Positions 27,701 through 39,447 of a stretch of DNA of 64,000 nt are shown piece by piece. Numbering within the stretch: position 1 is the stretch's first letter; every line of letters starts with the position of its first letter. The stretch covers positions 19,148,213 through 19,212,212 of the forward strand of contig OZ234493.1 in the NCBI GenBank assembly GCA_965153455.1, in the 5' to 3' direction. A program made the position numbers and the translations under genes. The notes below the pieces were generated by a model. That model had not been told where the DNA came from and did not search any database. It saw nothing but the letters and a program-made list of their open reading frames with translations. The DNA comes from Sphagnum compactum (taxonomy: Eukaryota).

Positions 27701-28444
27701 CACCCATGGGCTCTACCGACCATAAAACATGACGCAAAATTTATCATGAACCAAATCTATATAGGTCATGAAGCATAGGAGTGAGAGGGATATTATGCCT
27801 ACTTTTAGGTGTAATAACCCTCCCACTTTTGGGTAGTACGCATAATATCCCTCCCATTTTCGAGGAGAGAATTTGATGCAATATAAGGTGCCTTCCAAAT
27901 GCATTAAATTTTTTCTCAGAGTGTTCTATGTAAATGTAAATGCCAAGGCTTACAAAACCACCAGGGTATATTAGAAAGAGGGTGGTAAACTCCTCATGAA
28001 TGTATATGCAAGAGGGTGACAAACTCATCATAAATGTAATGCAAAATTTGACAAAACCACCAAGGTATGGAAAGAAGGTGGCAAAGTTCTCATAAATGTA
28101 AATGCCAAGTGGTACAAAACCACCAAGGTATGAAAAGGTGTTCCCATCAAATATATAAATGCCAAGAAGTTTTGTGATAAGAAATAGGTCTCATGCATAA
28201 GTAGGTAGATAGGAAAATAATAACTATTAGGTAAGTAGATGGTTTATTTATATATATGTAAAGGTTGTTTTTACTACCTACTTATTAACAACGTGCTTAT
28301 GGGTTGTTAATAGGAAGGTAGGGGAAAAAAACAACTAAGGTAACCACCATGGTTAGCTAGGGAATTGAAACTCAACAAAAAAAATTTCCTAACCACTTAT
28401 CATTCATCTTTCATGGTGCACTGGTGGGTGTTGGTTCATTGTGG
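27701..28444. mobile_element. Non-autonomous DNA-transposon-like element whose right part is shared with 49747-50009
   Basis: 28180-28444 is colinear with 49747-50009 (TAGGTAAGTAGATGG..TTTTTACTACCTAC..AAGGTAACCACCATGGTTA..GGTGGGTG(T/C)TG..TTCA(T/C)TGTG). Internal repeats TAAATGTAAATGCCAAG..ACAAAACCACCA lie at 27930-28160. The left boundary is tentative. Confidence 0.5.
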
Positions 28445-28884
28445 CCAAGAAGGTAAGGAAGCACCAAACATCAACAACCATAGAAGGTGCAAGCTCTTAA
28501 TCAATCCAATAGACTAAAAGTATTTTGCTCTAATGATCAATAGTAATGGCATTTCGCATTGTTACTAATAATGCAATCTTCATTTGGGAAGATAACGATT
28601 TACATTTGGGAAGGATTGATCATCGACGGATTGATATGTTGTCCCACATGAATCGCATCTTGTTTTATTTTCTTTGTCGATTATATTTAATTCCAATGTT
28701 GTGAAGAAAAGGATGTAAGCAATAGGCTTATCCATAAGCTTGCCTAAATCTTCTATGTAAGAGGAGATCATGACTCGAACAACCTTTAGAACTTGTCTTT
28801 CAATAATTGTTTCTTCTTTTTCTTGGACCTCTAATAAAGAAAAACCCAAGGTTTGATTTGAGTGTTAGAATTCAGACACGAAGT

Positions 28885-30962
28885 ATGGAGGACCAAGCTT
28901 TAAGTGTAGCTCTAGAAGCCATGAGGAAAGGCCAGTGCATTGCAATTATGGACTCAGATTCCAGGGAGGCCGAAACTAACCTTTTCTTCTTAGCAACTTC
29001 TCTTTTTCCGCTTTTTCTAAGAAGTCTAAGGACTACATCATGAAGGGAGATGTACATCTCTATGGCTCATGAGGTCACTTTTACCTTTGGTTTCTCTTTC
29101 ATTGGAGAGGTACCCATTACCCCACCCACAATTCTTCTTCTTTTATTTCCAGCAAACTCCCATCATTTCCACGTTTTGAGCTTCTTGCAGAATTAGTTGG
29201 GAGCTTGGTTTTTAACAAAATTTATGGAGTAATTATCTAGCTAGGGTTTCCTTTAGCTCTATTTGGATTATCTAGTGATGAGTTCCTATGACAATACAAA
29301 CTTAATTATTTACCTAATTGAAAAACACTCAGGTTTTCGCACTAAATGTGTCAAACTTAAGAATCTATAAACAAGCTTACAAAGCACAAAACAATAATGC
29401 AAGATCAACATCCATCCATGAAAACCTTAAACCTTAATCAATTGATCTTGTACTATGTCAATGCTTGAAAAAAACCCTAGCCATGCATTATTTTGAGGAT
29501 TTTAGTCATTGATTCCAACGAATTGTGGCAAGCAAGGAAAATGAGAATAAGTATTTGGAAGTTGGAAACTATGACCCCCTTAGGTACATTAGCTTAAATA
29601 AGATACTCAAAAAAATTGCACGTATGTTCATGAAACAAAACTATGGAAACGCATTTCAACCAATCAAAGGGTGTTTTACTTTGACATGTATTAAATGTTA
29701 TAAACTTAATGGAGAATTATCTAATATTGACGCACCCCCAAACTCCTTGAAAGATTCAAATGCGAGTCCAAAGGTGAAAACAATGAAAAAAAGAGTTGGG
29801 GTATTTTCCCTTACTCGCAACATTTCAAGAGTAAGAGGGGCGTGTTGGAGCTTCAAGATGGGGTCTAAGACAAGTAACAAACAGGTTAATTATTCACACA
29901 AACTTACACAAACTAAACAACAAGTTGGTTAATGCATAGTTGGTGCATGGACGAATCACGGGCATACATGAACTTACAAGATTCACCATAGCCCGGACTT
30001 GGGAGAAGCCTCCACCTTCCTCCTTATAGTATTCTCGATGATTAGCCACAAGGTTGCATTCAAAAGTCATTTTTCCTAGGACTCCCAAGTTGAAAGTCTT
30101 GAAATTTTCGAAATTGGGACTTTTTCATTTTGGAGGCCCATAACTTATTGTGTAAACCTTCGACTAACGTGAGATTTAAATCAAAGTTATAATTCTCGTC
30201 AAGATCTTTCCAACGATATGTGGCACGTCACTCAAACGCACATATTTCAGAGCGATTCCTGACTTTTAGTGGTCAGGAGTCAAATTGGCACTTTGACTCC
30301 CGACCTTTCTTTTGACCATAACTTGTGTTTTAAGTACTCAAATGGGTCATGCGAGCCCATTTTAGACATTTAAATTTCAAGAGCTTTCCAATGGCATAAG
30401 GAATTTTTTAATCCAATGAATTTTGACCCTTGAAATCACTCTTTGAAAACTTGGGACTCCATAGGGATTCCAACTCCCAAAGTGGGAATCCACTTAGGAG
30501 TGTGTGGGTTTATTCCCTCACACTCTCACTCACACTCCCGGGAGTGCAAAATGTGACTCTTGGGTTGCATTCTTGACCCACACCTTTCCATGCCTTTGCC
30601 TTGGTTACGAGCCCAAGGCTAGGGTCGTGACAAATATTGCATCACATGTGAAAGGAGAAGAAGCAAATGTGCCAAAGCTCGTGCTCAATGGGATTTTTAC
30701 TTGATGACAAGACTTGAAAATTAGTGCCCTTTATGTGGAGAGAAGTTTCACATGTTGTCAGGTTTTAGGGCTTCGGCGGGAGGTTGTGAACTTCAAGAAT
30801 GAAGTTGACAAAGAAGAAACAGCTAGGCTGTTTGGTGAGGAGTTTCATACCCTAGGCCACATCTTTTTGTGCATTGAGGATGCGGGTGGTCTACAAGTGG
30901 GAAATAGACAGACCAAACTTTCAGTGGCTTTTGCAAAATTGGTAGGCATTATTCCTATTTTA
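28885..30962 (+). pseudogene. ribB: Monofunctional 3,4-dihydroxy-2-butanone-4-phosphate synthase (RibB) pseudogene with archaeal-type signatures, interrupted by a solo LTR
   Basis: Exon 1 (28885-29109, GT donor) reads MEDQALSVALEAMRKGQCIAIMDSDSREAETNLFF..LRTTS*REMYISMAHEVTFTFGFSFIGE. After the LTR come MCQSSCSMGFLLD and, after a frameshift, VERSFTC..FGEEFHTLGHIFLCIEDAGGLQVGNRQTKLSVAFAKLVGIIPIL|gt. The motif order matches DHBP synthases (D..RExE, DRxxT, F..PGH, R.GHTE). Confidence 0.75.
29728..30632 (-). mobile_element. Solo LTR (905 bp), same family as 425-1338, inverted
   Basis: TGACGCACCCCC...GGCTAGGGTCGTGACA, with a perfect 5-bp target-site duplication AATAT (29723-29727 and 30633-30637). 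Confidence 0.9.
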
Positions 30963-32039
30963 GTATGTCAAAATCCTTTCTATAAAACCTCAAGCATTCC
31001 AAAGTTGTTAAGTTAGCATATTCCTTTTTTTGGTGTCACAAAAATGTTGTTTGGTTGTTTCATGGGCTTGTTGATGATGTTTACTAATTTCAATTTCTTT
31101 TGAATTGAATATAAAAAATGGGGTCATTACATAATGAGCTTGGTTGTGCCTTTTCACAATCCATAAGCATTTACAATCTGATCTGAATTGTACTAATTTA
31201 CAAATGTCATCTAAATGTAAAAATGTTTTAGGGCCCTGAACCTTGAAACTTTTTTCAATGCCAAATTTCTTCTAATAAGGAGCTGGGTGAAAAGTCACAT
31301 CCTAATGCGAATAATGTTGTTTTGGAAGCTAATTCATTTTTGCCCACCATCTATCATGGAACCTAGGATTTGAATGTTTCCGACAAATCATCAATTAACT
31401 TGATAGTTTTCAAAATCTAATTATTGAGGTCTTTCAAACATAAGGAATATATTTTCATCATTATGGGTTTGTTGGCTTTGATAACCTCAATAAATATTTG
31501 TTTCTTAAAACCGGAACCATGCATATATACCAATGTTTGTAGAGCATGGCACAATGGTTGTTGTCATGCTTTCTAAGTAGCACTTGCAATCGAGGTGTTG
31601 ACATAGTATGTAAAAGTGCCCAACATTCATTTTTTGCCTTTCAACTTGTAGGTCATAATCAAAAGATAGTCCCGATGTGCACTTGCAACAAAAACATTGA
31701 TCCCAATCTCAATGTCATCCATCCATGTGTGATCTATCATCCATCACTATTTTTTGTAATTGACCAAAATAGTTGAACATAGGACACACCACCCTGAGAT
31801 GCTTGACTAGAATTCAACTATAATTCAATTGTAGACCATGGGGGTGTTAAGAATATTCCATGAACTTCAAAATAGTTGGTTTTCGCCTTCATTTGTGCAC
31901 CAAAAGAATAGGTGGTTCAATTTACTTTGCAATTGTGAATAAATTTTAAATATTCAAAAAATTACAATTGAAATGTAGTTGAAGATGATGTCAAGTTGAA
32001 TGCGAGTTGGTTGAAAAAGAGGGGTTTCCTACTAATGAT

Positions 32040-35000
32040 TCAATTGGCAACAGATGAAGGTAATTATTTCAAATTGAAACACCTTAACAAATTAAGTTCC
32101 TTGAATGCATTAAATTGGCCTATAAACGTAAGTAATTCCTGCAAGCTCGTACAAATTAAGTTCACACAACTAAAACTTTTGGAGTGCATTTAATTGACCA
32201 ATGTACATGTAAGTAATTTTTGCAAGTTGAAACGTTCACACAAATCAAGATTTTCAAGTGCACTCAATGACCAATAGATGAAAATGGTTTTTTCAAGTTA
32301 GAACACTTTGACAATTGAAGCTTTTGGAATGTACCCAATTGACTAATAGATGAAAATACTTATTTCAAGTTGGAACACCTTGACAAATGAAACACTTTGA
32401 ATGTATTCAATTTGCCCATAGATGAATGTACCTTTTTCACAATGTTTTCAAGTTGGAGAAGTCTTATAAATAAAACTTTTGTAGTGCATTCAATTCATCA
32501 ATTAATGAACGTAGTTTTTTCAAGTTGTCACACCTTGACAAATTAAGTTTTTGGAGTACATTGATTCGCCAATAGATGAACGTAGTTCTTTCAAGTCGTC
32601 ACACCTTGACAAATTAAGTTTTTGGAGTACATTGATTCGCCAATAGATGAACGTAGTTCTTTCAAGTTGTCACACCTTGACAAATTAAGTTTTTGGAGTA
32701 CATTGATTCGCCAATAGATGAGTGTAGTTCTTTCAACTCGGAACACCCTTTCAAATTAAACTCTTGGAGTAGATTGATTGGACAATAGATGAAGGTAGTT
32801 TTTTCAACTCGGAACACCCTAACAAATCAAGCTTTTGAAATGCATTAAATTGGCCAATAAATGAAGGTAGTTCTTTCAAATTGGACCACCATTGTAAATC
32901 AAGCTCTTGGAGTGCATTCAATTGGTCACTAGATGAAAGTAGTTCTTTCAACTCGGAACACCATTGTAAATCAAGCTCTTGGTGTGCATTTAATTGGCCA
33001 ATAGATGAAGGTAGTTCTTTCAAGTTGGAACACCCTGGCAAATCAAACTTTTGGAGTGCATTCAATTGGCCAATAGATGAGGGTAGTTCTTTCAAGTTGG
33101 AACACCTTTGCAAATGAAGCTTTTGGAGTGCATTCAATTGGCCAATAGATGAAGGTAGTTCTTTCAAGTTGGACCACCATGATAAATGAAGCTCTTGGAG
33201 TGCATTCAATTGGCCAATAGATGAAGGTAGTTCTTTCAAGTTGGACCACCATGATAAATGAAGCTCTTGGAATGCATTCAATTGGCCAATAGATGAAGGT
33301 AGTTCTTTCAAGTTGAAACACCCTTGCAAATGAAGCTCTTGGAGTCCATTCAATTGGCCAATAGATGAAAGTAGTTCCTTAAACTCGGAACACCCTTTCA
33401 AATCAAGCTTTTGAAGTGCATTCAATTGGCCAATAGATGAAGGTAGTTCTTTCAAGTTGGAACACCATGATAAATCAAGCTCTTGGAGTGCATTCAATTG
33501 ACCAATATATGAAGGTAGTTCTTTCAAGTTGAAACACCTTTGTAAATGAAGCTTTTGGACTACATTCAGTTGGCCAATAGATGAAGGTAGTTCTTTCAAC
33601 TCAAAACACCATGATAAATCAAGCTCTTGGAGTGCATTCAATTGGCCAATAGATGAAGGTAGTTCTTTCAAGTTGAAACACCCTTGCAAATCAAGCTTTT
33701 GGAGTGCACTCAAATGGCCAAGAGATGAAGGTAGTTCTTCCAAGTTGTAACACCATTGCAAATGAAGCTCTTGGAGTGCATTCAATTGGCCAATAGATGA
33801 AGGTAGTTTTTTCAACTTGGAACACCTTTTCAAATTAAGCTTTTGGAGTGCATTCAATTGGGCAATAGATGAAGGTAGTTCTTTCAAGTTGGAACACTCT
33901 TGCAAATCAAGCTCTTGGAGTGCATTCAATTGGCCAATAGATGAAGGTAGTTCTTTCAAGCTGAAACACCCTTGCAAATCAAGCTTTGGGAGTGCATTCA
34001 ATTGGCCAATAGATGAAGGTAGTTCTTTCAAGTTGAAACACCCTTGCAAATCAAGCTTTTGGAGTGCATTCAATTGGGCAATAGATGAAGGTAGTTCTTT
34101 CAAGCTGAAACACCTTTGCAAATCAAGCTCTTGGAGTGCATTCAATTGGCTAATAGATGAAGGTAGTTCTTCCAAGTTGGAACACCATGATAAATGAAGC
34201 TCTTGAAGTGCATGTAATTGGCCAATAGATGAAGGTAGTTCTTTTAAGTTAAAACACAATGTTAAATGAAGCTCTTGGAGTGCATTCAATTGGCTAATAG
34301 ATGAAGGTAGTTGTTTTAAGTTTGAACACTCTGACAAATTTAGCTTGTGGAGTGCATTCAATTGGCCAATAGATGAAGGTAGTTCTTCCAAGTTGTAACA
34401 CCATTGCAAATGAAGCTTTTGGAGTGCATTCAATTGGCCAATAGATGAAGGTAGTTCTTCCAAGTTGTAACACCATTGCAAATGAAGCTTTTGGAGTGCA
34501 TTCAATTGGCCAATAGATGAAGGTAGTTCTTTCAACTCGGAACACCTTTTCAAATCAAGCTTTTGGAGTGCATTCAATTGGCCAATAGATGAAGGTAGTT
34601 CTTTCAAGTTGGAACACCATGACAAATCAAGCTTTTGGAGTGCATTCAGTTGGCCAATAGATGAAGGTAATTCTTTCAACTCGGAACACCATTGTAAGTC
34701 AAGCTTTTGGAGTGCATTAAGTTGCCCTATAGATACAGGTAGTTTTTTCAAGTTGGAACACCTTTGCAAATCAAGCTTTGGGAGTGCATTCAATTGGGCA
34801 ATAGATGAAGGTAGTTCTTTCAAGTTGAAACACCCTTGCAAATCAAGCTTTTGGAGTGCATTCAATTGGCCAATAGATGAAGGTAGTTCTTTTAAGTTGG
34901 AACACCCTTGCAAATGAAGCTTTTGGAGTGCATTCAATTGGCCAATAGATGAAGGTAGTTCTTTCAAGTTGGAACACCCTTGTAAATGAAGTTGTTGGAG

Positions 35001-35720
35001 TGCATGCAATTGGCCAATAGATGAAGGTAGTTCTTTCAAGTTCGAACACTCTGACAAATTAAGCTTGTGAAGTGCATTCAATTAGCCAATAGATGAAGGT
35101 AGTTCTTTCAAGTTGGAACACCATGATAAATCAAGCTCTTGGAGTGCATTCAATTGGCCAATGGATGAAGGTAGTTCTTTCGAGTAAAAGCACCATGACA
35201 AATCAAACCTTGGGAGTGCATTCAATTGGCCAATAAATGAAGGTAGTTCTTCCAAGTCGTAACATCGTTGCAAATCAAGCTTTGGGAGTGCATTCTTTTG
35301 GCTGATAAATGAAGGTAATTCTTTCAAGTTGGAACACCATGATAAATGAAGCTTTTGGAGTGCATTTAATTGGCCAATAAATGAAGGTAGTTTTTTCAAC
35401 TTGGAACACCCTCGCAAATCAAGCTCTTGGAGTGCATTCAAGTGGCCAGTACATGAAGGTAGTTTTTTCAAGTTGGAACACCATGACAAATCAAGCTTTT
35501 GGAGTGCATTCAATTCGCCAATGGATGAAGGTATTTCTTTCAAGCTAGAACACGATGATAAATGAAGCTCTTGGAGTGCATTCAATTGGCCAATAGATGA
35601 AGGTAGTTTTTTCAACTTGGAACACCCTCGCAAATCAAGCTCTTGGAGTGCATTCAATTGGCCAATAGATGAAGGTATTTTTTCCAAACTTTGGCATTGT
35701 GCCAAGTCAAGTACTTGTAA
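32040..35720 (-). repeat. 72-bp tandem array encoding 24-aa LRRs (41 coding units plus about 10 decayed 3' units)
   Basis: Consensus LQxLxLxxCxxLKELPSSIGQLNA; the plus-strand core GGAGTGCATTCAATTGGCCAATAGATGAAGGTAGTTCTTTCAAG recurs every 72 bp. Units at 32511-32795 have a 71-bp period. Confidence 0.97.
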
Positions 35721-38700
35721 TTATAAACAATAAAATAAATTAGTTGGTAATTTTTGAATCATGCATTTTTTGAGGCACAACCACTTCACGTTATTCAAAT
35801 TTCGCCCTTGGATGAAATTTTCGACTATAGTTGGTGAAGCTTCTGTTAGGTCAACCAACCTAAGGTTGCGAAATCCCTTTGAGCCGATTTGGGACAATGT
35901 AGGCAAATTGACACATTTTTTCAATGACATGCCTTCTAAATTTTCCACCACCTATCACATGAAATGAAAAGAAAAAAGATTATCTATATTAGAAAATTTT
36001 CATCCTAATCCCAATTTTTATCAGAAAAACATTCATTTATAAAATCAAGATTCAAAATTAAAACAGTTGGTCTTGGACTTTTTAAAAAATCATAAAAAAT
36101 CAAAATAAAATTATAGGATTGAAATAGTATAGTGACAACCTCATCCTTTTGTAAATATATATTTGATTTATTTGATTTCCATATAAATCGATTCATAATT
36201 GAAAGTTCCATTGCAATATTTCGACCCATGTCTTGTAATTGTTCATGTATGTACAAGATTCCATCTTCTGCCCACTCAATTAAAGATCTATGTTGTAAAT
36301 TTTGTAATTCAAACTTTGGGTGTTCATAATCTCCACTCCACACTCGACCAATTGTACTTATTTTTAAACCACCAAAAAAACAGGCAATATCAAAAAACAT
36401 GTTTTGATTTTGTTTATCCAAGTCCTCATATGATATCTTTAAAACACTCCAAAGCTCTTCATTATCATTGCCCCCTGTCAAACTTTTCCCACTTTTCAAT
36501 TTGCTCAATGCACCTTCCCACATTTCTAATTCTTTAGTATTGCACAAAAAAGAACCCAATACTTTAAGACTTAAAGGGAGTCCCCCACAAGCTTTTATAA
36601 TCTTCATACATATATCGTTGAAATCCTTTGTTGGAACATGATTTGCATTACCAAATGCATGGAACATAAAGAGTTTTCTTGCTTCCTCTTCCTCAAAAGA
36701 TTTCATGACCATTTTTCCATCTTCACTTACATGAGATTTTAGAATTTGCCAATTTCGACAATTCACAAGTACTCTGCTTTTAGAAGTTGCATTCTTGGCA
36801 CCCTTTTCAATGAGAAGTTGCAAGGATGTAAGGTTCTCCGCCTTGCCAACATCATCCACCACCACTAACACTTTCTTCGATATCATACATTGTCTAATTT
36901 TGTCAAGGGCTTCATTCACATTTTCATCTTCGCATAACCTTTTGCCACACAAATCATGTAGGAGTTGTTTAATGACATCATTAATATCATCCTTTGATTT
37001 CACATCCTCCAAAAAACTAGATTTGTCATATTCGTTGTGGAACAAATGATAGAATTTTTTGCTCAAAGTGGTTTTTCCAATCCCACCCATTCCAACCAAA
37101 CCAACAATAGATTGCTTTTGTAACAGGATGTTTATGTCTTGTGCTTTGTCGATCAACGCCACCTCATGACATGGCAAACTTGGAAGCAATATATTTTTCT
37201 GTCAAAATTCACAAAATATAGGTCATTTATATGTTATCTTTCTTATTTGATAACCAATATATATGACATTGCATATGCGATACACATCAAGTGTGCTATG
37301 ACCTAATGTGTTTCAAAGTACATGAACATATATGAAGTCAAAAGATTTAGATTTGATGTTTTTACTTCCATACATGTTCTCAAACATTTTAACAATATAG
37401 AATAACTTGGATGATCTCTGTTTGGTGGCTTGCAAATTGTCAAATGATTAGCATCCTCAACTATGTAATGGTTGTTGTTTGACAACTGAATAGCTGAGGC
37501 ATGTGGCACTAAAATTCCCTGCATGTGCAAAAGATTAAATTAATGGAATTCATTGACTTCTTTGTTCACTTATGCTTTAACTTATAAACCAAATGGTGGT
37601 GGAAATTATAATTTAATAACTATTGATGTTTGAGTAATAATGAAATATTGTGTACAAGTAATTTCCTTCAACCTTTTGGCAAAAAACCTTATATAAATAC
37701 ATCACAAAGTTATTGGTTTTTAATCTCATGAATCTTACATGCTTTAATGATGTTATGATTTTCCTTGTAATATTTATATGGAATTGATTTGATGAAGGGA
37801 AAATTTAAATTTATTTTTTGATGTTTGAAATCAATCAAATTTCATTTCCATCAATAGTTTTTCATGTAACAAAGTTCATAAAACACATGACCCATTCACC
37901 ACATTAATATATGTAGAAGTATTGAGTACATGATCCCACACAAGTTTTGACAATACGAAAAATGTTCAATTAACGAACCTAGTTGGATAACTTTCAATGT
38001 GATGAAATGAAATCTTACCCAATTTTTGTCGAGTGGTAATCCTTCGCTAAATGCATAAATGTTGAGGTCTTCATGAATGGCATTTTTAAAATCCGTTGAA
38101 AGGTGCTCCATTTGTGAGTTGAAAGATTCTAAATTTTTTAAAAACCCAGATTGGGTTGCATACTTGTTCAATGTGTTGATTCGTTGATGTTTCCAAATGA
38201 AATAATTTGATAGAGATTGGGTGCCACCAACATGTGGTACACTATAAAATACGACACCTTTAACATTGTTCAAAAATGTCTTACAACATTTGTGTACTTT
38301 ATCATCCAAACCATTTTTTGGCCGTTGATATACATGTTTGTGAGCTTCAACCACCAAGCTTTTGAGTACAAGACCTCCAAAACTATAAGCAACTAATGTC
38401 ACCGGTCCATCCCAAAGGGATTGATAACTACAAAATATTCAACAATGCACCAAAATTCCATTATCAACATTGTATTAGAATGACAAATTTATCCTATTAT
38501 ACTTGGGGGCAATTTTCCAATTCACACATGACCTAAGCCATAAGTTCATAATTGATTTGCTTGTCATATGTTGTTTATGGAATCCATTAATACACCTAAA
38601 AAATGTGACAACCATGTTTTGGTAAAACAATTATTATGCACAAGTATGTAGGTGTTTACATTCTTGTGTTAATGTACAACTCATCTTCTATGTGTTACGT

Positions 38701-39447
38701 TGGAAATATAGTGGAAATTTTAAAAAATTAAATTAAAAAACTATATATATACCTTTTTTTTAAAATAATTTTTTCGCAATGAAATGGATGAAAACTTTCT
38801 ACACATGTATCAATTTAATTTAATTTAATTCAATTGCATTACCCTAGATAAAGCTTAAAAAAACGCGAACTCAAAATTGCCATCAAAACCAAACTAGTTG
38901 TACCATGAACTTATAATATGAACATAGACTTTGTTATTATCTTCAAACAAGAACATTTGCCTTAGCCCCAATTTATCTTCTTCTACATGAATCTAACAAT
39001 TCAAGTAAATTAAAACTTGTTGGTGTGTATCACATGAACAATTAACTTGTGCAAAACATGTAAGAAATTCTAAAGATATAAACAATTATCATTAATGTAC
39101 ACAAGGAGAAGTTATTAATGTGTCCATAAATAGAGGAGATGGTCACACCTTGAATTTGTAATCAAACTTTGAACAAGGTTTTTGCCGATTCCAGTCACGT
39201 CATTGTGAACACTTGCCACAATGTTAGAATCATAGGACAATGATAAAATTTGAACATTGTTGTTCAAGTCTTCGGGTAGCCACTTTTCCGGCCAACATAT
39301 GCACTCTTCTCTATTGTTAGTCGGGCATGTTGTCCATGTTTCCTTCCATTCATCATTTGTGCCAAAAGCAATCCCATGAAAAAAGATGATCGTCAAGTTT
39401 GGATTATTGGAATTGCAAGAGGGATTTAAATCATGCACTAGATATTC
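32751..39447 (-). CDS. alpha/beta-hydrolase-NB-ARC-LRR immune receptor (HNL-class NLR); two in-frame stops in the LRR exon, so truncated or a young pseudogene
   Basis: Phase-compatible GT-AG exons are 39447-39149, 38427-38019, 37518-37366, 37198-36140 and 35951-32751; the first coding exon lies upstream and is uncertain. Hydrolase motifs: FFHG, WLPEDL, AYSFGG, FYSVPHVG, NHLTICKP (SERAC1/PGAP1-like). NB-ARC motifs: GMGGIGKTT, LVVVDDV, GGLPLSL, FFDIACFF, IHEQLQDMG. There are 41 LRRs of 24 aa, with TAA stops at 35723-35721 and 35084-35082. Confidence 0.92.

Noticed and set aside
32881-35049. Antisense and alternate-frame ORFs over the LRR array (e.g. SAFNWPIDEGSSFKL, TTFIYWPIECTP repeats)
   Set aside because: They are by-products of a 72-bp periodic sequence and are repeatedly broken by stops.
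35082-35723. U-to-C RNA editing restoring the two TAA codons to CAA
   Set aside because: Reverse editing is known from organelles of hornworts, some lycophytes and ferns, not nuclear mRNAs; C>T mutation explains the stops more simply.
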